In this document: piece by piece, positions 54,501-63,500 of the stretch
Layout of the letters: the number at the start of each line of letters is the position of its first letter
Position numbering within the stretch: position 1 is the first letter of the stretch
NCBI GenBank assembly: GCA_934232895.1
Contig: CAKQGH010000006.1
Location: 138 to 64,137 of the forward strand
Length of the DNA: 64,000 nt
Origin: an uncultured Alphaproteobacteria bacterium
Lineage (GTDB): Bacteria > Pseudomonadota > Alphaproteobacteria > Rs-D84
Direction: 5' to 3'
Program-made: the position numbers and the translations under genes
The notes under the pieces: model-generated
Databases searched by the model: none
What the model saw: only the letters and a program-made list of their open reading frames with translations
Told to the model about the DNA's origin: nothing

Positions 54501-57500
54501 TGGTAAATATTTACCGGCCGGCAAAGACGCATGCGCAACTTGCGTTGCGGGTTATGCTTGCGCGGGAGGCACATGGACATACGATGGTGACGAACATGGT
54601 CGCACCCAATGCACGGGTGCAACATACGCGGGTGCGGGCGCGACGCAGTGCACATCGTGCCCATCGCCATACACATACGACGTATCGGCCGGTAAGACCA
54701 AGATTGAACAATGCACGGTTCAGACCACGGCTGGGTCGTATATCAAAGATGCCAAGGGTGACAAAGTCTCATGCCCGACGGGATATTATTGCCCTAGCGC
54801 AGTAGTTGCATACGGTTCGACAAATTCGCCAACCGCGTGTCCGGCAATTGCGTCGCACACACCGACAACATGGCAATCAAATTATTATAACCCAACACCT
54901 GTATCCAGTGAGTTTACTAGTGCTGGTGGCGAAAGCATCGATCGTTGTGCGGTCACATATACACTGAAAAATGATCGTGGTACAATATCAACACTGAAGA
55001 TGTATAATCCAGAAACTGACAAGTATGATTATGGATGGCAAAATGATTATTACATGTTGTATATATCGTTAAATCCTGGCTATTACTTTACCAAAAAGTG
55101 GTCGGTTACTTTGAGTGATGGCGAACATACAATGTGCGATGAGTCCGCGGACAATCCAAAAATATACGTTGATGCCGCGCCATGTCCAGCGGGGTCGTAT
55201 TGCCCTGGTTATGTTGATAGTCTGGATATGAATGGCGGCACCCACCCAGATAGTTGGCCAAAATGCTCTGATGGTGAATATACTGACACCATGGGAATAT
55301 ATGCGTGCCCAACCACATATCCGAACAGTGCGGCAAAATCGAGTGCAATTGAACAGTGCTGGTTGACCACAACGGCGGGCAAATATGTTGCGACCGCACG
55401 CGCAGATCAGGTTCAGTGTTTGGCGAACAATTACTGTGCCGGCGGTACAACCGTGAACTATGGTTCAACCGGTGGTATGCAATCGTGTGCCACGGGGTAC
55501 GAAAGCGCAGCGGGCGCGTCCAGTTGCACGGCAACGACATACAGCATTACATATAACCTGAACGGTGGAACGAATGCTGCGGGCGCAAAAACATCGTATA
55601 CGATTGAAACGGCGGATTATACCCTGCCCACGCCGACCAAGACGGGATATACATTTGGTGGGTGGTATGAAAATTCTGGTTTAACTGGCAGTGCCGTGAC
55701 CAAAATAGCCAAGGGTTCAACGGGCAACAAAACATACTGGGCAAAATGGACCATCAAATCTGTGAACTGTGCGGCGGGTAAATATCTGCCGGCGAACAGC
55801 CTGACGTGCGGTGACTGTACGGCTGGGTACGCCTGTGCGGGTGGCACATATTCATACAGTTCCAGTACCCAGGGGCGCAGTGCCTGTACCGGTCGCACAA
55901 AGTACAGCGCGGCGGGCGCGGCATCGTGCAACACCGTCAGCAGCGGTTATTACACCACGGGCTGCAACAGCAGCAACAATAACTGCACCGGTCAAACACA
56001 ATGCACGGGTACAACATATTGCAGTGGTGGTGTTAAAAGCGACTGTCCGTCCGGATATACCGCAAACACGACCGCCGGCAAGACCGCCGCATCACAATGC
56101 ACAATCAGCGTTCCGGCTGGTAAGTACCTGGGCACCGCCAATGGTACAACCACCACGAGTTGCGCGGCGGGTACATACAAGGCCGCCCACACCGTAAACT
56201 ACGGCAGCACATCATCGTGCGGTGCCTGTACCGGTCGCACAAAGTACAGCGCATCGGGTGCGGCATCATGCAGCACCGTCAGCAGTGGTTATTACACCAC
56301 GGGCTGCAACACCAGTGGCAATAACTGTACCGGCCAATCCCAGTGTGACGGCGGTGTGTATTGCACCGGTGGTATTCAAAACGACTGTCCAACGGCAGAG
56401 ACAGGTTGGACCCAGGGTACTGGCAAGGGATGGAGTGCGGTGACAAGCTGCTTTGAAACCAAGGCCGCGACAAGCGTCAGCACATATTGCAGCGCTGGCC
56501 AATTAAAGAAAAATGCGACCAGCAGCACCGCATGGGGCACCAGCACCATCAGCACCGCATTACAGGCGAAAGCGGGTTCTTTTGTCAGTGGTCAGACATG
56601 TACGCAATGCACCGGTGCATCGTACAGCGCGGGTGGCACGGCGACCAGTTGTACATCGTGTCCGTCGGGTTATGCGGCGAACACCGATAATGGTAAAACT
56701 GCCGCAACACAGTGTGAAATTAGCATTGCCGCTGGTAAATACTTGGGTACGGCCAAGGGAGCAACCACAACCAGCTGTGCCGCCGGTACATACAAGGCCG
56801 CCCACAATGTCAGCTATGGCAGTACTTCATCATGCAGTGCATGTTCCGGTCGCACAAAGTACAGTGCGGCGGGCGCGGCATCGTGCAGCAATGTCGGCAG
56901 TGGTTATTACACAACTGGATGTGACACCAGCGGCAATAAATGTACCGGTCAAAAACAATGCACAAGTGGCACATGGTGCGCGGCCGGCGTAATGAACCAG
57001 TGCAGTTCGTTGGCTGGTGTATCGTCTGCGGGTGGTGTGTACAGTTCGGCGGTGGGCTCAACCGCAAACACGGCATGTAAATATACCGCACCAACCCAAA
57101 TCATAACCGGGTGTCTGAGTGTCATATCAAATACCGTGACATATACCGGTTCGGCGTGGCCCAAAACAACATACGAAGCCGATGCGGCCGCGGGATACAT
57201 TGTTGCCAACAATAACACGGCAGGCGCGACATGTACGCAATGCACCGGTGCAACATACAGTGCGGGCGGCCGTGCAACATCATGCACGGCGTGCCCGACG
57301 GGCTATACGGCGAATACCGATAATGGTAAATCCGCTGCGAGCCAGTGCACAATCAGCGTGACCGGTGGACATTATATTGGCACCGCGGGCCAAAACAGCA
57401 CCAATTGGGGTACTTGCGCGGCCGGTTCGTACAAGGCGGCCCACACCGTAAACTATGGCAGTACTTCTTCGTGCAGTGCCTGTACCGGACGCACAAAGTA

Positions 57501-60500
57501 CAGTGCATCGGGCGCGGCATCATGCAGCACGGTTTCAACCGGGTACTATACAACGGGTTGCAACACCAGCAATAATAACTGTACCGGTCAAAAACAATGC
57601 ACAAGTGGCACATGGTGCGCATCGGGTGTAATGAACCAGTGCAGCAGTCTGTCCGGTGTATCGGTTTCTGGTGGTACATATAGTTCGGCGGCGGGTTCAA
57701 CTGCGAACACGGCATGCAAATATACCGGACCGTCCAAGACACTGAGTGGGTGCAAAACGGTGACGACGAATACGGTGACCTATACTGGTACGGCATGGCC
57801 TGCAACGACCTATTCCGTGACGGCGAATGGTGGATATATTATAAGCAATAATAACCAAGCCGCCGCGGCGTGCACACAGTGCAGTGGTGCGGTATACAGC
57901 GCGGGCGGTACCGCAACATCATGTGCGGCGTGCCCATCTGCGGAATCTGGATGGACCCAGGGTACCGGCAAGGGATGGAGTGCGGTGACAAGCTGCTTTG
58001 AAACCAAGGCCGCAACCAGTGCCAGCACATATTGCAGCGCTGGTCAGTTAAAGAAAAATGCGACGAGCGCGACCGCGTGGGGCAACAGCACAATCAGCAC
58101 GGCATTACAGGCGAAACCAGGTTCAATCGTCAGCGGTCAAACCTGTACACAATGCAGTGGTGCAAAGTACAGCGCGGGTGGCACAGCAACCAGTTGCGCA
58201 TCATGTCCGGCGGCAACCAGTGGTTGGACACTTGGTACCGGTACCGGATGGAGTGCGGTGACGAGTTGCTATCAGACCAAGGCGGCAACCAGTGTCAGCA
58301 CATATTGCGCCGCGGGCCAGTTAAAACAAAACGCAACAAGCGCGACCGCATGGGGCAACAGTACCATCAGCACCGCATTGACCGCGAAACCTGGCGCAAT
58401 CGTCAGTGGTCAGACATGTACACAGTGCACAGGAACATCGTACAGTGCGGGCGGTACAGCAACATTATGTGAATTATGCCCGGATGGATATACAAACGAC
58501 ATCGGCAATGGCAAGACATCTGCCAGCCAGTGTGCAATCAGTGTCGACGGTGGGCACTATATTGGCACCGCGGGTCAAGACAGCACCAATTGGGGAACAT
58601 GCGCGGCGGGTACATACAAAGATATACATCTGGTGTACTATGGTAGTACATCATCGTGCAGTGCCTGCACCGGTCGCACAAAGTACAGCGCGTCGGGCGC
58701 ATCGGCATGCAGCACGGTTTCAAATGGATACTATACAACGGGTTGCAACACCAGCAATAATAACTGTACCGGTCAATCGCAATGCACAAGTGGCACATGG
58801 TGCGCATCGGGCGTGATGAATCAGTGCAGCAGTCTGACGGGTGTATCGGTTTCGGGGGGTACATATAGTTCGGCGGCGGGCTCTACCGCGAACACGGCGT
58901 GTAAGTATACCGGACCATCCAAGACACTGAGTGGATGCAAAACGGTGACGACGAATACCGTGACCTATACTGGTACGGCATGGCCAGCAACGACCTATTC
59001 CGTGACGGCAAATGGTGGATATATTATAAGCAATAATAACCAAGCCGCCGCGGCGTGCACACAGTGTGGCACCGGGAAATATAGCGCAGGTGGTACGGCT
59101 ACATCGTGTTCTTCTTGTCCGACGGCCGATTCTGGGTGGACCGCGACAGCGCCCGCCGGCAGCACATCGTACAGCGCATGCTATGAATACCAGACGCCGG
59201 CCAATTGCGCCAGTGGTTCGGTAAAGCGCACGGCAACCAGCGCGACCGCGTACGGCACCACCATTGCATTATTGAATAAATTGTCATCCAAGGCCGGGTA
59301 CTATGCATCAGCAACCGCAACATCATGCACAATTTGCCCAACAGGATCGTCCTGTGCGGCGGGGGCAACCGCTCCGATGGTGTGTGCAAATTGGACATAC
59401 GCGCCGAAGACCGGAATGTCGTCATGCACGGCGTGCCCGGCATTGACAACAGGATGGTCGAAATTTGACAGCAGTTCAGATGGCTGGAAATCGCACACCA
59501 TGTGCATCCAGGTCAGCCCGACCCCAGACAGTTGCAGCGCGGGTAATTTGAAACAGGTTGCATCGGCCGATGGCGCAACGACATGGGGCACTTCGTCGGT
59601 GAACACCGCGTTAAAGGCCACGGCTGGGAACTATGTCGCCGGCACATCTTGCACATCGTGCCGCGGTCTGGGTGGTGGGTTCTATCCAAACAGTGATGCC
59701 GATAATGCCGGTGGTGCGTCGGCATGCTATACGAATTCAATCAGCGGCGGATATGTTGCGTCGGCCACGGACCACCAAGCAACCGATTGTGCCGCCGGAA
59801 CATACAAAGGTGCACATACGGTTCACTTTGGCAGCACATCATCATGTGATTCCTGTATGGGACGCACGAAATACAGTGCGGCGGGTGCGTCGGCGTGCAG
59901 CACGGTTTCAACCGGGTACTATACAACCGGCTGTGACACCAGCAGCAATAAATGTACCGGCCAATCCCAATGCGATGGCAGTGTATACTGCACGGGCGGC
60001 GTTCAGAAAAATTGCCCGGCGGCGGAATCCAAATGGACGCTGGGCACCGGCAAGGGATGGAGTGCGATAACAAGTTGCTTTGAAACCATCCAGGTTGCAG
60101 ATGAAGTGCAATATTGCAGTGCCGGTCAATTAAAGAAAAACGCTACAACCGATGGTGCATGGCCAACAGTTGCAACAACCAGTGTTGCCATCCAGGCGAA
60201 ACCAGGTTCTGTTGTGGTCGGTCAATCTTGCGCACAGTGCAGTGGTGCATCATACAGCGCGGGCGGAACGGCGACACAATGTTCGTCTTGTCCGACGGCG
60301 ACCAGTGGTTGGACACGGAATACCGGCACCGGATGGAGCAAGGTTGAACAATGCAACCAGACCAAGACGGTTGGCGGGAACTGCGCCGCGGGTCAATTAA
60401 AACAAAATGCAACCAGCGCGACCGCATGGGGCGCCAGCACAATCAGCATTGCACTGTCGGCAAAACCGGGCGCATTTGTGAATGGTCAAACATGCAGCCA

Positions 60501-63500
60501 ATGCAACGGTGCGTTGTACAGCGCGGGTGGTACGGTGACATCGTGTTCTTCGTGCCCGACGGCCACCAGTGGTTGGACCATCAGCAGCGGTATTGGATGG
60601 ACCAAGGTTGAACAGTGCAACCAGACAAAGACTGTTGGCGGGTATTGCAGTGCGGGTGCACTGATTCAGAATGCAACCAGCTCGACCACATGGGGGACCA
60701 GTGAAATTCTGACAGAATTACAGGCGAAACCGGGCTCAATTGTCAGTGGTCAGACCTGTACACAGTGCAGTGGCGCAAAGTACAGCGCGGGTGGTACGGC
60801 AACCAGTTGCGCATCATGTCCGGCGGCAACCAGTGGATGGACACTTGGTACCGGTACCGGATGGAGTGCGGTGACGAGTTGCTATCAGACCAAGGCGGCA
60901 ACAAGTGTCAGCGCATATTGCGCCGCGGGCCAGTTAAAACAAAATGCAACCAGCGCGACAGCCTGGGGTACCAGCACCATCAGCACCGCATTGACCGCCA
61001 AGGCCGGTGCAATTGTGGATGGTCAGACATGTACACAGTGCAGTGGTGCAACATATTCTGGGGGTGGCGTGGTGACGCAATGCAGTGTATGCCCAACTGG
61101 ATACGATGCGAATATTGTCAATGGCAAAACAGCGGCATCACAGTGCCAGATAAAATGTTCTGCAAAGACAGTGGTCAGCATTGTCAACGGTTCATGTACT
61201 GCATTGACCACGGGCGGATATTACAAGGGTGAACACCTGGTGAACTATGGTTCAACAAGTTCGGCGGAACAATGTCCGGCGGGCTATCGTGATGGTGCGG
61301 TTGGCGCGGCGATAACCGATTGTGCAAAATCGGTTGCAGGTGGTAATTATGTGCGGACCGCAAAGGACGAAAACGCCAGCACTTGCGTGGCGGGAACATA
61401 TCGGACGGCGCACACGGTTACATACGGCAACACATCGTCATGCAGTGCCTGTAACGGTCGCACAAAGTACAGCGCGGCGGGCGCGGCATCGTGCAGCAAT
61501 GTTTCAACTGGGTACTATACAACCGGATGCAACACCAACAACAATAATTGTACCGGTCAATCCCAGTGCGATGGCAGTGTATATTGCACCGGCGGTATTC
61601 TGAATAATTGCCCAACGGCCGAGACTGGTTGGACCCAGGGTACCGGCAAGGGATGGAGCGTGGTGACAAGTTGTTTTGAAACCAAGGCGGCGACCAGCGT
61701 CAGCACATATTGCGCATCGGGCGTATTAAAGAAAAATGCGACCAGCGGCACCGCATGGGGCACCAGCACCATCAGCACCGCATTGACCGCCAAGGCCGGC
61801 GCAATTGTGGATGGTCAAACATGCACACAATGCAGTGGCGCATCGTACAGCGCCGGCGGCACGGCAACACTGTGTGAATTATGCCCGGCCGGGTACGAGG
61901 CAAACATTGGCAACGGTAAAACCGCGGCAACCCAATGTGAAATCAGTGTTGATGGTGGCCATTATATTGGTGCGGCGGGTCAAAACAGTACTAATTGGGG
62001 CACATGCGTCGCCGGTACATTCAAGGCAAACCATTTCGTGCGCTATGGCAATACATCATCGTGCGATGCATGTACAAGTCGCACAAAATACAGCGCAGCG
62101 GGCGCATCGGCGTGCAGCACCGTCAGCGGTGGTTATTACACCACGGGTTGCACGGGTGAAGACAAATGTACCGGTCAGGCGCAGTGCACAAGTGGCACAT
62201 GGTGCGCATCGGGCGTGATGAATCAGTGCAGCAGCCTGTCCGGTGTATCGGTTTCGGGTGGTTCGTATAGTTCGGCGACGGGATCAACCGCGAATACTGC
62301 ATGTAAGTATACCGGTCCATTACAGATAATTGATGGTTGTTCCTATGTCACGCCGAATACTGTGACATATACGGGTACAACATGGCCAGAATCAACATAT
62401 ATGGTTGATGCAATGCCTGGGTGGTATGTGGTTGGCGACAACACAGCCGATGCGACTTGCAAACAGTGCAGTGGTGCAGTATACAGCGCGGGTGGCAAGG
62501 CAACATCGTGTGCGTCATGCCCGTCGGCGACCAGTGGTTGGACACGGAACACCGGCACCGGATGGAGCAAGGTTGAACAATGCAATCAAACCAAAACGGT
62601 CGGCGGATATTGCAGTGCGGGTGAATTAAAACAAAATGCAACGAGCGCGACCGCGTGGGGCACCAGCACCATCAGCGTTCCATTACAGGCCAAGGCGGGT
62701 TCCATTGTCAGCGGCCAAACATGTGCCCAGTGCAGTGGCGCAAAATACAGCGCGGGTGGCACCGTGACCAGTTGTACCGCATGCCCAACGGCGGATACCG
62801 GTTGGACATTGGGTACGGGCACCGGATGGACATCGTACAGTGCGTGCTATGAATATCAAACACCGACTAATTGTGCCAGTGGTTCGGTCAAACGCGTGGC
62901 ATCGGATGCGTCGGCGTACAGTGCAACCATTACATTGCGCAACACATTGTCATCCAAGGCCGGATACTATGCATCCACAACCGCAACATCGTGCACAATT
63001 TGTCCAAAGGGTTCGTCTTGCGCGGCGGGCGCGGTAAATCCAACGGCATGTGCGAATTGGACCTTTGCCGATAAAACGGGAATGTCGTCATGCACATCGT
63101 GCCCAAGCGTCACAAGTGGATGGAGCAAATCCAACACGACCGGCACCGGGTGGACATCGTACAGCCAGTGTCAGCAAACAACGGGCACGCCGGAACACTG
63201 TGTGTCGGGCGGACTGAAACAAACCGCAACCAGCAGCACCACATGGGGCGCCAGCACCGTGAATGTGGCCCTGTCGGCGGATGCGGGATATTATGTAAAT
63301 GGCACCGCGTGTTCAATTTGCACTGGGGCAACATACTCGGGTGGTGGCACATTGACCAAGTGTGACGAATGCCCAACCATTTACACGCACAATACAACAG
63401 ATGGCAAAATCCATATTGATCAATGCCAGGCAAAAACAACCGCGGGTAAATACATCAAAACGGAAAATGATGATATGGAAACGGTTTGCGCGGCTGGTGG

